Below are positions 46,059-57,500 of a DNA stretch of 64,000 nucleotides, in pieces. The notes under the pieces were generated by a model, which made no database searches, was not told where the DNA came from, and saw only the letters and a program-made list of their open reading frames with translations. Location of the stretch: positions 2,496,001 through 2,560,000 of the forward strand of contig OZ219926.1 of NCBI GenBank assembly GCA_964291405.2. The letters run 5' to 3'. The translations under genes and the position numbers were made by a program. Origin of the DNA: Thermodesulfobacteriota bacterium. GTDB taxonomy: Bacteria; Desulfobacterota; Binatia; Bin18. Each line of letters opens with the position of its first letter. Positions within the stretch are counted from its first letter, which is position 1.

Positions 46059-46817
46059 TTACGTCCTCGTATACGAAGCGCCATTCACATCGACAATTGT
46101 CCCGGTTGCAAAATTTGCTTCGCCTGAGGCGAGGAAGGCGACGATGGCAGCCACCTCTTCTGGCTTGCCCACTCGGCCGAGTGGGCTCTGTTGGCGGATG
46201 GCTTCACCGCGGGGACTGGCAAGAATGGATGCGGACATATCGGTTTCCACAAAGCCCGGCGCGACAACATACACAAAGATGTTATGCGGGGCGAAGGCCT
46301 GGGCCAGCGATTGGCTCATAGCGTTGAGGGCGGCCTTACTCGCCGCGTAGGCAGGCGCTTTTGGCGTTCCCCGAAAAGCGCCCCGTGAGGAGATATTCAC
46401 CATTTGCCCTCCGCCGTGTTCCGCCATATGCCGGGCGGCCCAGAACATCACATTGGCCGGGCCGACCAGGTTCGTATCAAGCGAACGCTGCCACACGTCG
46501 TTCCATACCTCGTAGTCAACCCGAAGCGGCGGCTGCCACTCGTTGATAGCGGCGTTGTTCACAACAATCTGGAGTCCGCCCATTTGGCTGAGCACGGCAG
46601 ACATCAGCGCCTCCACGGCCTGTGCGTCGGCAAGGTCGGCTTGAAAGATCTGATGAGGGCCGTCAGGCAGGGTCGCCAGGGTGTGCTCGGCCGCTTCCTG
46701 GTTTTGATTGTAATGAACGGCTATATGCGCCCCTTCTTGGGCCAGTTTGAGTGCAACGGCTCGACCGATACCCCGTGACGCGCCGGTCACGAGCGCCACT
46801 TTCTCTGCTAGGGCCAT
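46059..46817 (-). CDS. SDR oxidoreductase
   Basis: TGASRGIG, NNAA, YAASKAA. Confidence 0.92.
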   Translation of the reverse strand: MALAEKVALVTGASRGIGRAVALKLAQEGAHIAVHYNQNQEAAEHTLATLPDGPHQIFQADLADAQAVEALMSAVLSQMGGLQIVVNNAAINEWQPPLRVDYEVWNDVWQRSLDTNLVGPANVMFWAARHMAEHGGGQMVNISSRGAFRGTPKAPAYAASKAALNAMSQSLAQAFAPHNIFVYVVAPGFVETDMSASILASPRGEAIRQQSPLGRVGKPEEVAAIVAFLASGEANFATGTIVDVNGASYTRT

Positions 46818-46836
46818 ACGCCTCTCTCCTTCTATG

Positions 46837-47911
46837 CTAGGCGGCTTGTGCCTCACGCTCAGCCACCAGCGCCCGGATTCTCGGGATGAGCTCTTGGCCA
46901 AATTCCGTGACGTCATTAAACGGGTCAAATCCACGGATGAGCACGCCGCGCATGCCCAAGTCGTAATAGGCGGCGATGGATTCCGCGACTTGCTCAGGAG
47001 TCCCGACCAATGCAGTGGTATTACCGCTTGCCCCGGAGATCTTCACTAAGCCCATCCATAAGCGTTCGTCATAGACCTCTTGCTCGTCAGCCAACCGGGT
47101 CAGGCGACGGCTAAACTCGGCTTCGACTTTGAGCGGTAACTGGGGGCTAGATTCTTCTAAACGAGCCAGGACCCCACGCGCCTTGTCCCAGGCTGCTCCC
47201 TCAGTCGGCGCAATAATCGGCCGTAGAGACACATTAAAACGGGGCTGGCGGTTATACCGTGCCGCTTCTGCGGAGATACGGTCCATCATGGCTTTCAGCG
47301 AGGCGCGTGGCTCGCCAAAGAGGGCATACACATCAGCATGCCTGGCTCCAACCTGAATCGCAGCGTCGGAGGCCCCACCAAAATAGATGGGCACATGGGG
47401 CTGCTGGGCGGAGCGGACTTCAGAGAAAGCTTTCTTGACTGAATAATAGCGTCCCTCAAAGTTGAATGGCTTATCAGACGCCCACATCCGGCGCAGGATC
47501 TCCAGATATTCTTCTGTCCGGACATAGCGCTCGTCATGACTGAGCCAGTCACCGTCACGTTGTTGCTCAGCATCGGCTGTCCCCGAAATAATGTGTAGCC
47601 ACAGCCGTCCGCCTATCAGTGTATCGCACGTGGCGGCCAGTCCGCGTAGCGAGGGTCGGCATGACAAAGCCAGGACGGTGGGCGACCAGAAAGTTGAGCC
47701 GTTCGGTGTGGGCGGCAGCGTATTGGGCCACTTGAAAGCCTTCGGCAGAGGAGGACGTGTAGCCGACTAATACGGAGTCAAAACCGGCTTGCTCATGCGC
47801 CTGGGCAAAACGGCGTAGGTACTCCCGATCAATACCACCACCAATAACGTGTACCGTAGCCCCGCTAGCCGGTGGGGCCACACCGATCATGCCAAGGATA
47901 TTCATGGGCAT
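46837..47911 (-). pseudogene. LLM-class flavin monooxygenase (SsuD-like), frameshifted near 47640
   Basis: N-part (HEQAGFD, AHRPGF..PTLA) and C-part (GGRL..HIISG, DGD...HDERY, YFGGAS, LVGTPEQVA) are in different frames. Confidence 0.85.
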
Positions 47912-47921
47912 ACGACATCCT

Positions 47922-48175
47922 TTACATACTTTCCTTACGTTTCTGACGAATCAGATAGGTACACCGGCGCGTACCCGCCAGGATGTAGTCTGTTCGTTCG
48001 ACTGAAGCCGTTCTACCAAGTGCTTTTTGAAATACATCGAGTTCGGACTGACACAAGTCCTGACATTGTTGGGCGGTAGCACAAATCGGACAGTAGTTCT
48101 CTAATAAGAGAAAGATCCCGTCTTCATTCTGCTTCCAGTCTGCCATATAACCTTCGGCATCCCGAAGCACAGCCA
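47922..48175 (-). pseudogene. C-terminal half of a Cys-containing HTH metalloregulator; HTH missing
   Basis: LRDAEGYMA, LENYCPIC....C..LC.SEL..F, G..RC.Y; the 5' half is absent and a REP-like CCCTCTCCC..AGAGGG lies at about 48195-48215. Confidence 0.7.
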
Positions 48176-48296
48176 GCCACTTCCCTCCTGTTTCCCCTCT
48201 CCCTCAGGCAGAGGGCGATCTGTCCGTGTATTCTTCGATAGGACTCTTCCGGGTACTTAAGGGCGCTCAGGCCGTCCCTGGCGCTATCTTATGCTG

Positions 48297-49142
48297 TTAA
48301 TCGCGCTCAGCAACCCAACGGAGCATGGCCTGGAATTTCTCCGCTCCGTCCTTGAGTGAGGCTGCCACGTCGGTGAGGTCATCGTAGTAAGTCTTCTCTG
48401 AATTTTCTTCCAATGCAAGACCAGCCCGGTAGCTGTCGAGTGCTCCGCGTTCGAGCAGGTCCTTATAGCGTTTCACCATTACCGGATGGTTTTGTGACAT
48501 GAGACGCGCGATGTTCAAGCTCTCGCGGTCCAGTTCTTCGTTAGTCGCAAACACCTGTTGCACCAACCCCCAGTTAAAAGCGAGTTGAGCGTCTATCGGA
48601 TACGCTGCCATGGTCGCTAGCTTGGCGTTATTCATACCACAGACCTGGGTGAGCCGCTGCGAAATACGGCGTCCGGGATGTACCCCATATTTCGCGTGAT
48701 TGTCCATAAACACTGCACGCTCCGAGGCAAGTAAAACATCGCAACACAACGCGATCTCGAAGCCGCCCGTCACCGCTGGCCCATTGACTGCACCAATAAT
48801 TGGGAAAGGGCACTCCCACATCGCCCGAAACGGATCGCCAGCGGGAGTGATTCCCGCTTCCAGATATTCATCCAGCTTTCCAATATCGAGACCAACGGTA
48901 AACGCACGGCCCGCGGCACGTAAAATCACAGCGCGGACTCTGTCATTATTGGGGTCAGGGTTGCGCAAGGCTGTTATGCCGTCGAAAGCTTCTGCGATCG
49001 CGCGCATAAAACCGCTACTGAGTACATTAAATTCCTTAGGGTTATTCATTGTGACGACAAAGAGTCCCTCGCCTCCGTTCACTTCGTCTACGAGGACACT
49101 CTCGTTGTCGCCATAGCTGGCTATGCGTGTTTGATCTGTCAT
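48297..49142 (-). CDS. Enoyl-CoA hydratase/isomerase family
   Basis: AFTVGLDI, PIIGAVNGPAVTGGFEIAL.CD. Confidence 0.88.
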   Translation of the reverse strand: MTDQTRIASYGDNESVLVDEVNGGEGLFVVTMNNPKEFNVLSSGFMRAIAEAFDGITALRNPDPNNDRVRAVILRAAGRAFTVGLDIGKLDEYLEAGITPAGDPFRAMWECPFPIIGAVNGPAVTGGFEIALCCDVLLASERAVFMDNHAKYGVHPGRRISQRLTQVCGMNNAKLATMAAYPIDAQLAFNWGLVQQVFATNEELDRESLNIARLMSQNHPVMVKRYKDLLERGALDSYRAGLALEENSEKTYYDDLTDVAASLKDGAEKFQAMLRWVAERD

Positions 49143-49317
49143 TTCATCACCTCCCGCTTATTACAGATAATCGGCCCAAAGTTTTGGTCCTCGCGTATAA
49201 GTCTGAGTTGTAGAGAGAATCAGAAAGATGGAAAAGCCCACAATATATCGGACACCAACAGGGACATGAGTCGTTGCATACGGGTTAGACACATCCGAGG
49301 AGGCAGGCTATTTCATT

Positions 49318-49349
49318 GGGGGTTAGGGATTAGGGGTTGGGGATTCGGG
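49318..49349 (+). repeat. Heptameric G-rich tandem repeat (STRR-like; G-quadruplex pattern)
   Basis: GGGGGTTAGGGATTAGGGGTTGGGGATTCGGG. Confidence 0.7.
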
Positions 49350-49399
49350 TCCCTTGCTCAGACTGTTCCGCAACCAGTAAGCATGGAGAGGTGAACGGA

Positions 49400-52141
49400 G
49401 TGCCTGGATTCCTCATCATCAGCCTGATTCTCCTCCCGTTACTCGGCTCACTCGTGTCATGGCCGGAGCGGTGGCGCCAGCGTCTGGCGCCGGCCTATGC
49501 CCTGGTCCCGATTCTTCAACTGCTGATCGTCATCTCGCTCTGGGCAACGGTCCAGGCAGGGGAAGGGATTCAGTGCTCCTGGCCGTGGGCTCCGAGCCTG
49601 GGGCTGTATGTGAGTTTCAGTCTGGACGGCCTGAGCTGGCTCTTCACCGGTCTGATCTCAGGCGTGGGCGTATTTGTTTTCATCTATGCCGCGTTCTACA
49701 TGGCTGACGATCCCACGCTGTCCCGCCTCTACCGTTTCCTGCTCTTGTTCAACGCCGCCATGATGGGTGTTGTGCTGGCCGACAACCTGATCTTATTGCT
49801 AGTCTTCTGGGAATTGACGAGCGTCTCGTCGTTTCTGCTCATCGGGTTCCGCTCACATCGGGCTGCTGCCTGTGAAGGAGCGATCAAGGCGTTCGGTCTG
49901 ACGGCGATCGGCGGTCTGGTCATGCTGTTCGGCATTTTAGCCGTATATGCCGAGCATGGGACGTTCGAGCTGTCGGTCCTGCTGGCAAATTCCTCCTCCA
50001 TATCCACGGCAGCAGGGCTGTGCTTCTTGGTTGGTGCTTTCGCCAAGTCGGCCCAGTTTCCGTTCCACATCTGGTTGCCGTCGGCCATGGAGGCACCGAC
50101 CCCGGTGAGCGCCTATCTGCACGCCGCCACCATGGTCAAAGCCGGTCTCTATCTGATCGCTCGGCTGACGCCGTTATTTGCAGATGATCCAACCTGGTCC
50201 GCCACGGTGACCAGCGTGGGGACAGTCACCCTGGTGTGGGGCGGGGTGTTGGCCTGCAAGCAGGTCGATCTCAAAGCCCTGCTGGCCAACTCAACCGTGA
50301 GCCAATTGGGGTTGATCGTCCTCCTCCTCGGCCTGCAAACCGAAATCGCGCTCTTTGCGGCCGTCCTGCATATCCTCAACCATGCGGCGTTTAAGGGCGC
50401 GCTGTTTCTGACGGCCGGGACGGTCGAGCACGAAGCAGGGACACGCGACCTGCGCCGGCTCGGCGGCCTGCGTCCCCTCATGCCAACCTTAACGCTGGCG
50501 GCGACCTTGGCCTCACTGTCCATGGCCGGCCTGCCGCCCCTGGGCGGCTTCCTGAGTAAAGAATTATTCTATGAGGGCGTCCTCGAAGCGAACCTGCTCC
50601 TCACAACACTGGCCGTCACTGCCAGTTGTCTGACTTTTTTGTACTCTTTCATTTTCTTTCACGGGACATTTTTCGCCCCGGCCTCCCATCCGTCTGAGCA
50701 ACCGCATTCCTCCCCTCATGCTGAGCATCACTCTACACTTGGTCTGATTGCGCCAATTGTCGTTCTGAGCGGCTTGGCCGTGCTATTCGGGCTCGTTCCC
50801 GGTCTGGCTGAAGCCCTGGTGACGCCGGCTTTTCGTGTGATTCACGGGGCTCCACCTCAGCTTCATCTTGCCTTGTGGCACGGTCTGACTCCGGCTCTGG
50901 GGTTGAGTGTGCTGACGATTGTCCTGGGGGGCGGCGCCTTTTTGCTGCGGCAGCGTTTTCTTCAGGCTGCACGCGAGTACCGGGCTGCGTATTCGTTCAA
51001 CCGGGTGTACACCGACGGCCTGACCGGCTTCACTCATCTCTTCCATTGGACACGGGCGCTCTACATGACCGGCTCGGTGACCGACTATATCCGCTATCTC
51101 CTGGTCGCCCTCATCGTGGGGCTCAGCATTCCCTTGTGGAATTTCTTTGAGGAGATGGCTCTCCGGGTGGATATCGTCCGCCCGGAATACCATGAGCTTG
51201 GCTTGGCCGGACTGATGGCGGTCGCCGGTATCATGTGCTGCCGGACTCGCTCGCGGATTGTTCTCGTGCTGTCACTCGGTCTGGTCGGCTCGCTCATGTC
51301 GATCTTTTTTGTACTTTTCAGTGCGCCGGACCTGGCCTTAACGCAGATCTTGGTCGAAGCGGTCAGCCTCGTCCTGTTTCTCCTGGTTCTGCGCTACTTC
51401 TCGATGATCAGGCCGCAGCCATACGCCCCGCGCGCGCGCCTGCTTAATATCGGTATCAGTGTGGGCACGGGTCTCGTGGTGGGCCTGCTACTTTTTGCGG
51501 CGAATGTCGGTCCTTCCATCCCTTCCGTTATTCCGTCCTACTATCTGGCGAACAGTCATCTGTTGGCCGGCGGGTACAACGTGGTCAACGTGATTCTGGT
51601 TGATTTCCGTGGCTTTGATACCATGGGAGAGATTACGGTGTTCAGCGTTGCCGTCCTTGGCGTCCTCGCCCTGGTCGAGCTGGGCGTCCGTGGGCAGCAG
51701 CCCTTGGGCACTATGTTTATGGTGTCCTTCCCCTCGCCGATTCTTCAGTCGTTTGCCCGGCTCACCCTCCATCTGATGCTGGTCTTTGCCCTTTATCTGT
51801 TGCTACGCGGCCATAATGCGCCGGGGGGCGGATTTATCGCCGGTGTGCTCACCGCGGTGGCGATGACGTTTCAGATGATGGCTTTTCACGCGGAATCCTT
51901 CTCGCGCGAGATGCCCTGGAAGCCGCTCCAGGTAGTTGCGGTCGGGCTCCTGCTGGCCGCCGGCACGGGTCTTGGCTCTGTATTTATTGGCTATCCGTTT
52001 CTGACCAGCGCGATCGGCCATTATACTTTTCCGCTGCTCGGTGATGTTGAACTGGCCACCGCCATGGGTTTTGACATCGGGGTGTACCTGGTCGTGGTTG
52101 GCACCTCGCTGGGCATTATTCGGGCCATTGCTGAGGATTAA
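49400..52141 (+). CDS. mrpA: Mrp Na+(K+)/H+ antiporter fused subunit A+B
   Basis: [69 protein letters not shown] (B domain). Confidence 0.95.
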   Translation: MPGFLIISLILLPLLGSLVSWPERWRQRLAPAYALVPILQLLIVISLWATVQAGEGIQCSWPWAPSLGLYVSFSLDGLSWLFTGLISGVGVFVFIYAAFYMADDPTLSRLYRFLLLFNAAMMGVVLADNLILLLVFWELTSVSSFLLIGFRSHRAAACEGAIKAFGLTAIGGLVMLFGILAVYAEHGTFELSVLLANSSSISTAAGLCFLVGAFAKSAQFPFHIWLPSAMEAPTPVSAYLHAATMVKAGLYLIARLTPLFADDPTWSATVTSVGTVTLVWGGVLACKQVDLKALLANSTVSQLGLIVLLLGLQTEIALFAAVLHILNHAAFKGALFLTAGTVEHEAGTRDLRRLGGLRPLMPTLTLAATLASLSMAGLPPLGGFLSKELFYEGVLEANLLLTTLAVTASCLTFLYSFIFFHGTFFAPASHPSEQPHSSPHAEHHSTLGLIAPIVVLSGLAVLFGLVPGLAEALVTPAFRVIHGAPPQLHLALWHGLTPALGLSVLTIVLGGGAFLLRQRFLQAAREYRAAYSFNRVYTDGLTGFTHLFHWTRALYMTGSVTDYIRYLLVALIVGLSIPLWNFFEEMALRVDIVRPEYHELGLAGLMAVAGIMCCRTRSRIVLVLSLGLVGSLMSIFFVLFSAPDLALTQILVEAVSLVLFLLVLRYFSMIRPQPYAPRARLLNIGISVGTGLVVGLLLFAANVGPSIPSVIPSYYLANSHLLAGGYNVVNVILVDFRGFDTMGEITVFSVAVLGVLALVELGVRGQQPLGTMFMVSFPSPILQSFARLTLHLMLVFALYLLLRGHNAPGGGFIAGVLTAVAMTFQMMAFHAESFSREMPWKPLQVVAVGLLLAAGTGLGSVFIGYPFLTSAIGHYTFPLLGDVELATAMGFDIGVYLVVVGTSLGIIRAIAED

Positions 52142-52144
52142 TCC

Positions 52145-52477
52145 GTGGAATTCGTAATTATCAGCGTGATCGGTGTCCTCTTTGGCTGCGGGACGTATTT
52201 GATCCTGCAGCGGCATTTATTACGGGTGGTCGTGGGCTTGTCCTTATACTCACACGCGGCCAATCTCGCGCTCATGATCTCGGGCGGTCTGAAGCGGGGC
52301 AATCCTCCTCTGCTCACGACCGAGGCACCGTACGTTGACCCACTCCCCCAGGCCCTCATTTTGACCGCGATTGTGATCAGCTTTGGTATGACGGCCTTTG
52401 CCACGGTCTTGGCCTTTCGGGTCAGACAGGTGTACGGATCGGATGCAGTGGACGAACTGGCGGGGGGAGAAGAGTGA
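52145..52477 (+). CDS. mrpC: Mrp antiporter subunit C
   Basis: DPLPQALILTAIVISFG. Confidence 0.95.
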   Translation: MEFVIISVIGVLFGCGTYLILQRHLLRVVVGLSLYSHAANLALMISGGLKRGNPPLLTTEAPYVDPLPQALILTAIVISFGMTAFATVLAFRVRQVYGSDAVDELAGGEE

Positions 52478-52511
52478 GGGGGCTCGGGGGAAACCTCCCC
52501 CGCAAAAAGAT

Positions 52512-54017
52512 ATGATACCGCCAGACCTGTTCGTCCTGTTTATTATTGGGCCGGTTGTCGCGGCAGCTCTTCTCGCTGCCTTTCATAAATGGGACATCTT
52601 TCAGCGCGGGGTGAGCCTCGCTGTCAGTCTGGGGCTGTGGGGGCTATCCGTCGTGGGCCTGCTCTCTCTGCTGCAAGAGGGCCAGCAGGGGATTGTCGTG
52701 CTGCGTATGGGTAACTGGGCCGCGCCCTACGGCATTATCCTGGTTGCCGACGTCCTGAGTATGACCATGGTCGTCCTGACCATGACAATTGGGGTGGCGG
52801 TGGTGATTTTCTCGCTGCGCACAGTAGAACAGGAGCACCAGGAGCATTTTTATTATCCCCTCTTCTTTATTCTCATTATGGGCGTGAACGGCTCCTTTCT
52901 CACCGGAGATTTGTTCAACCTGTTCGTCTTTTTTGAAATCCTGCTGATCGCGTCGTTTGCGCTCCTGGCCCTTGGCTCACAACCCGGCCAACTGCGAGAG
53001 ACGGTCAAATACGTGGTTATCAACCTGATCGCCTCGACCTTTTTTCTGATCAGTCTGTCGGTTCTGTACCGGACGATGGGCACGCTCAATATGGCGGACT
53101 TGGCCTATAAGATTCAGACAACGTCCGGGGAGTTGGACCCGACGCTGACTATCCTGGCTCTGATCTTTTTGTTTGTGTTCGGTACCAAGGCGGCCATCTT
53201 TCCGCTCTATTTTTGGCTGCCCGGCCCGTATTTCCAGCCCTCAGCGGGCTTGAGCGCATTCTTTGGCGGGATTCTGACCAAGGTCGGCGTGTATGCCATT
53301 TTCCGGACCTTTACGCTGATCTTCCGCCATAACCCGGCCCTGACCCATGAACTGCTGCTGATTCTGGCTGCCCTGACCATGCTCCTGGGCGTTTTTGGGG
53401 CGCTGTCCCAGACGGACATGAAGCGGATTTTGTCCTACCACATCATCAGTCAGATCGGCTATCTCATTCTGGGTATCGGCCTGTTGACGCCGCAGGCATT
53501 GGCCGGTGCCCTCTTTTATATGGTGCCCTACGTCCTGGCGAAGTCCTCTCTCTTCCTGATTGCCGGCGTCGTGCAGGCAGCAACCGGTACGACCCACCTC
53601 AAAGCGGTGGGGGGCCTGCAATCCCACTCCATACCCCTGAGCGTTCTCTTTTTGCTGGCGGCCCTGAGCCTTGCCGGCATTCCTCCGCTGGCTGGGTTTT
53701 TCAGTAAATTTATCGTGTTGCAGGCAGGGGTGGAAATTGGTCGTTACGGCTATGTGGGGATTGGGCTCCTGGGCGGCCTCCTGACGTTGGCCTCCATGCT
53801 CAAAATCTGGAACGGAGTCTTCTGGGGCGAAGAGATGGGCGACCGCCGGCCCGTATCACTCTGGCCCCTCTTCCCCGGTATTGTCCTGCTCGTCTTTTTT
53901 ATTGTTGGGATTGGGCTGTTTCCGGGTATACTGTACAGCGTAGCCCAGACCGCTGCGGCACAAGTCGCTGACCCGCGTGTGTATATTGCGGCCGTCCTGG
54001 GAGCGGACGTCTTTTGA
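52512..54017 (+). CDS. mrpD: Mrp antiporter subunit D
   Basis: GNWAAPYGI, FLTGDLFNLFVFFE, GTLNMADL, TKVGVY. Confidence 0.95.
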   Translation: MIPPDLFVLFIIGPVVAAALLAAFHKWDIFQRGVSLAVSLGLWGLSVVGLLSLLQEGQQGIVVLRMGNWAAPYGIILVADVLSMTMVVLTMTIGVAVVIFSLRTVEQEHQEHFYYPLFFILIMGVNGSFLTGDLFNLFVFFEILLIASFALLALGSQPGQLRETVKYVVINLIASTFFLISLSVLYRTMGTLNMADLAYKIQTTSGELDPTLTILALIFLFVFGTKAAIFPLYFWLPGPYFQPSAGLSAFFGGILTKVGVYAIFRTFTLIFRHNPALTHELLLILAALTMLLGVFGALSQTDMKRILSYHIISQIGYLILGIGLLTPQALAGALFYMVPYVLAKSSLFLIAGVVQAATGTTHLKAVGGLQSHSIPLSVLFLLAALSLAGIPPLAGFFSKFIVLQAGVEIGRYGYVGIGLLGGLLTLASMLKIWNGVFWGEEMGDRRPVSLWPLFPGIVLLVFFIVGIGLFPGILYSVAQTAAAQVADPRVYIAAVLGADVF

Positions 54018-54032
54018 GTGCGAGGTCTTCTT

Positions 54033-54512
54033 ATGGTGACTCGTTTTTTCTTTAACGTCATCCTGGCCCTTGCCTGGTGCCTGCTGCACGACGAGATATC
54101 CTTGCGTCAGTTCGTGATTGGCTTTCTGGTCGGCCTCTTGGCCATGCTGTTCTTCCCCCGCTCCTTTCACCAAGAGCGCCGCTATTTCCGCAAGGCCGCG
54201 CTGAGCGTACGCCTCGCTCTCTTCTTTACGAAGGAACTCCTGATTGCCAATTGGACCGTGGTCAGACAGGTCCTGGCGTTGAAGCTCGCCATACGGCCCG
54301 GCATTGTCGCCTACCCGCTGTCCTTGCAGAACGATGTCCTGATTACCTTGCTGGCGAATATGATTACCCTGACGCCGGGAACGCTGTCGGTCGAGGTGAG
54401 TCTAGATCGGCAGTTTTTATTTATTCACTTTCTCGATGTCGATGATGTGGAGGAAGAAATCCGCATCATTAAAGACGGCTTTGAACGCCATCTCCTGCTC
54501 ATTGCCCAATGA
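54033..54512 (+). CDS. mrpE: Mrp antiporter subunit E
   Basis: LLANMITLTPGT. Confidence 0.94.
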   Translation: MVTRFFFNVILALAWCLLHDEISLRQFVIGFLVGLLAMLFFPRSFHQERRYFRKAALSVRLALFFTKELLIANWTVVRQVLALKLAIRPGIVAYPLSLQNDVLITLLANMITLTPGTLSVEVSLDRQFLFIHFLDVDDVEEEIRIIKDGFERHLLLIAQ

Positions 54513-54811
54513 TTACGCCATTTGTTTCTGTCATCGTGCTGGTTGGTATCACGCTCTCGATCTTACTGAGTGCGTATCGTGCCCTGCGTGGTCCCACGAT
54601 TCCCGACCGGGTTGTGGCCCTGGATAATATTGCGATCAATCTGGTGGCCGCTATTATCGTTGTTTCGATTCGGGCTCAGAGTGCGATATATATCGACGTG
54701 GCCCTGGTTCTCGCCATTCTCTCATTTTTAGGGACAGTCGCGGCAGCCAAATATCTGCTGAGAGGAACGGTCATTGATGGAAGTCCCCTACATACTCGAC
54801 GTCCTGGTTAG
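54509..54811 (+). CDS. mrpF: Mrp antiporter subunit F
   Basis: GPTIPDRVVALD. Confidence 0.94.
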   Translation: MITPFVSVIVLVGITLSILLSAYRALRGPTIPDRVVALDNIAINLVAAIIVVSIRAQSAIYIDVALVLAILSFLGTVAAAKYLLRGTVIDGSPLHTRRPG

Positions 54812-55133
54812 CGTCCTCTTGCTGCTCGGCCTGTTTTTTCTCCTGACCGGGACCTTTGGCCTGTTACGGCTGAAAGATGTCTACACGCGCATGCACGCAA
54901 CGAGCAAGAGCACCACGTTTGGCGTGGCCGGGGTGGTCCTGGCCTCGCTGCTCTACCTGCGCTACCTGGGGCTCTCCTCGGGCCTGAAAGAGTCCCTGAT
55001 TGTTCTCTTTCTCTTTCTGACCGCCCCGGTTGGGGCGCATATGATCGCCCGAGCCGCCTACCGTGCCGGCGTTTCGTTGTGGCAGGGCGGCGTGGTGGAC
55101 GATTTCAAGAAATGGCTGGAGACAAACCGGTAG
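54777..55133 (+). CDS. mrpG: Mrp antiporter subunit G
   Basis: GLLRLKDVYTRMHATSK, TAPVGAH. Confidence 0.94.
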   Translation: MEVPYILDVLVSVLLLLGLFFLLTGTFGLLRLKDVYTRMHATSKSTTFGVAGVVLASLLYLRYLGLSSGLKESLIVLFLFLTAPVGAHMIARAAYRAGVSLWQGGVVDDFKKWLETNR

Positions 55134-55162
55134 AGTCCCGCCGCCGCCTTTTTTTCACTTAT

Positions 55163-56175
55163 TCAGTGGAGTCCGGGTATCACTTCTTTGGCGAAGAGTT
55201 CCATTGAGCGCTGGCTCTTGGCCGGGTCGAGGCCGGGCAGGTGCATGCCCAGGACAAGATGCGTGGTGCGCACTTCCTGGGTAAACCGCTCAATCTCCTG
55301 CCCGATTTCTTCCGGGGTACCGATCATGGGGCTGGCGAGCAAGCGCTCGGGATGCTCCCGCAACTCGGCTGGAGGCGGCAGTTGGCTGAACTGCTCAGCC
55401 CCAGGGAAATCCTTGGCCTCGGCCAGCCAACGACCATACCAACTCAGCATGTAGTGGAGATGATCCTGGGCTTCATCCCAGGCTTGATCGTGACTTGGGG
55501 CGGCATACGCCCAGCGCAACTGGGCAGCATGGTAATCCTTCGGGTCGCGCCCATGCCGGCGCAGCGCGGCATCGTACGCTTCCTGGACCGCTGAGGTTCC
55601 TCCGCCGAGAAAGTGACAGCCCAGACGCGCGGCCCGCTCGACCGCCTTTGGCGCGTTGGCACCGATCCACAAGGGCGGATGTGGGCTCTGGGCCGGTTTG
55701 GGCTGAAGGCGAATCTCTTTCAACTGGTAGTGCTTGCCCTCATAGGAGAAGGGATCCTGGGTCCAGATGCCCCGGATGACCTCAACTCCCTCCTCCATGC
55801 GCGAGCCGCGCTCCTTGCGCGGAATACCATAACCGGCAAACTCGACAGGGGCATACCCCTGTCCCAGCCCCAGGTCAAAGCGCCCTCCACGGTTGCCGCC
55901 GCGTCCTCAGCAACCCGCACGGCGTTGTGCAGGGGCAAGAGGATCAGAAATGTTCCAATACGCACCCGGCTCGTCATCGCGGACAGCGTCCCGGCAATCG
56001 GCAGCAGCGAGGGCGAGTAGCCGTCTTCAGCAAAGTGATGTTCCGTCAGCCAGATCGTGTCATAGCCGAGTTCCTCGGCCACCTGGGCCTGACGTAATTG
56101 CTCGGCATAGAATTGGGGAAACGGCTTGCGCCATTGGGGGGGATTCCGAAAGGGAAAGAGTAAACCGATATCCAT
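55163..56175 (-). pseudogene. LLM-class oxidoreductase, frameshifted by a short deletion near 55886
   Basis: WLTEHHFAEDGY...VRVAEDAAATV then GRFDLGLGQGY in another frame; the usual D.(I/L)S. residues are missing. Confidence 0.85.
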
Positions 56176-56204
56176 AACGCCCTCCTTGTTTTGAATACGG
56201 TTAT

Positions 56205-57320
56205 TCAGACTTCAATATTGTACAGCTTCGCCGCGGTGTCGTGCACAATCTTACGCCGGTCGGTTGCTGAGAGCTCATTGAACGTCTCATTAATAAAGTC
56301 CTGAGAACGCGGCCAGGTCGCGGCCGTATGTGGATAGTCCGACGACCACATGGCATTGTCCGGACCATAGATGTCAAGCGTCCGGATAAACAACGGCTCA
56401 TTAATAAAGGTCGCATACACCTGCCGCCGAACATAGTCGCTCGGCTTGAGGCTCAACTTCGCCGTCGTTCCCATAGATCCTAACCGCCCGTGTATGAGAT
56501 CCATACGCCACATAAAATACGACATCCAAGCGACGTCGTTCTCAGCCGAAACGATCTTGAGTTTGGGGAAACGCTCCAGGACACCGCCAAGGACAAAGAC
56601 CGCCAAGGACCGCTCGACCTCGTGGTACAGCGTGGTGGCCTGGAGGGCGAGGTTGCCGCTAAAGAAATCGACTCCGGTCCCCTTTCGGCCCGTCAGGATG
56701 TGCAGCGAGAGCGGCATGTTGAGATCTGATGCCGCCGCCCAGAAGGGATCATAGTCGGTATGGCTGTACGGCCGATCGTCCGGCGCCTCGGCCCAAATCA
56801 TCGCTCCTCTGACGCCTCTTTTGGCGCAGCGCTCAAGCTCTTTTACCCCGGCATCAATGTCTTCCAAGGTAATCAGTCCGAGTGGCAGCAGCCGTTTCGG
56901 ATCATGGCTGCAATACTCTGCCGACCAGTCATTATACGCGCGAAAACAGGAGAACCGCAGTTCTGCATCGTCCAGCATGTAGAGCGGCATCCCCATGGAG
57001 GTGTAGATCGCCTCGGCAACCACACCGTCACGGTCCTGGTCTTTCAGCCGGGCGGCTGGGTCCCATACACTGGCCGGGGCCTGATCCATGCCTTTTTTAT
57101 TATGTTCAGGGAGATCTTCTGACGGCACGCCCGCACCAAAAAACGCAGCCACTGGAAAGGGCGTAATATTCTCGCAGACAAAATACTCGCCCTCTTTCCC
57201 GTGGAGGTCTTTCACTGTATGCGGAGCCTTATCTCGAAACTTCTTATCGATCCGCTCCTGCCAGATGTTTATAGGTTCTACGAAATGTGAATCCGCCGAA
57301 ATGACACCATATTCCGCCAT
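56205..57320 (-). CDS. Amidohydrolase_2 family protein
   Basis: ISADSH, RAYNDW, SLH, GVLERFP, WSSDYPH. Confidence 0.92.
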   Translation of the reverse strand: MAEYGVISADSHFVEPINIWQERIDKKFRDKAPHTVKDLHGKEGEYFVCENITPFPVAAFFGAGVPSEDLPEHNKKGMDQAPASVWDPAARLKDQDRDGVVAEAIYTSMGMPLYMLDDAELRFSCFRAYNDWSAEYCSHDPKRLLPLGLITLEDIDAGVKELERCAKRGVRGAMIWAEAPDDRPYSHTDYDPFWAAASDLNMPLSLHILTGRKGTGVDFFSGNLALQATTLYHEVERSLAVFVLGGVLERFPKLKIVSAENDVAWMSYFMWRMDLIHGRLGSMGTTAKLSLKPSDYVRRQVYATFINEPLFIRTLDIYGPDNAMWSSDYPHTAATWPRSQDFINETFNELSATDRRKIVHDTAAKLYNIEV

Positions 57321-57438
57321 AAAACACCCTCCTTGTTTGGGACGGTTATTGGACAAAAACTCCCCGAGAACCTTCTGGTGCTGCTACGATACGGCGTCTT
57401 GCTCGATTTTTGCAAGAGATTTTTAGGAGCGTGTGTAC

Positions 57439-57472
57439 AAAAAAAGGGACAGTCCTCTCGAGCTGTCCCTTT
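57439..57472 (-). terminator. Rho-independent terminator after the CoA-transferase
   Basis: AAAGGGACAG...CTGTCCCTTT stem with a T7 tail on the minus strand. Confidence 0.8.
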
Positions 57473-57500
57473 CTGTGCGTGAAGAGAATTGGGTGAGGCA

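Noticed and set aside
49400-52141. MrpA-MrpB fusion as a novelty
   Set aside because: This is the established group-2 mrp organisation.
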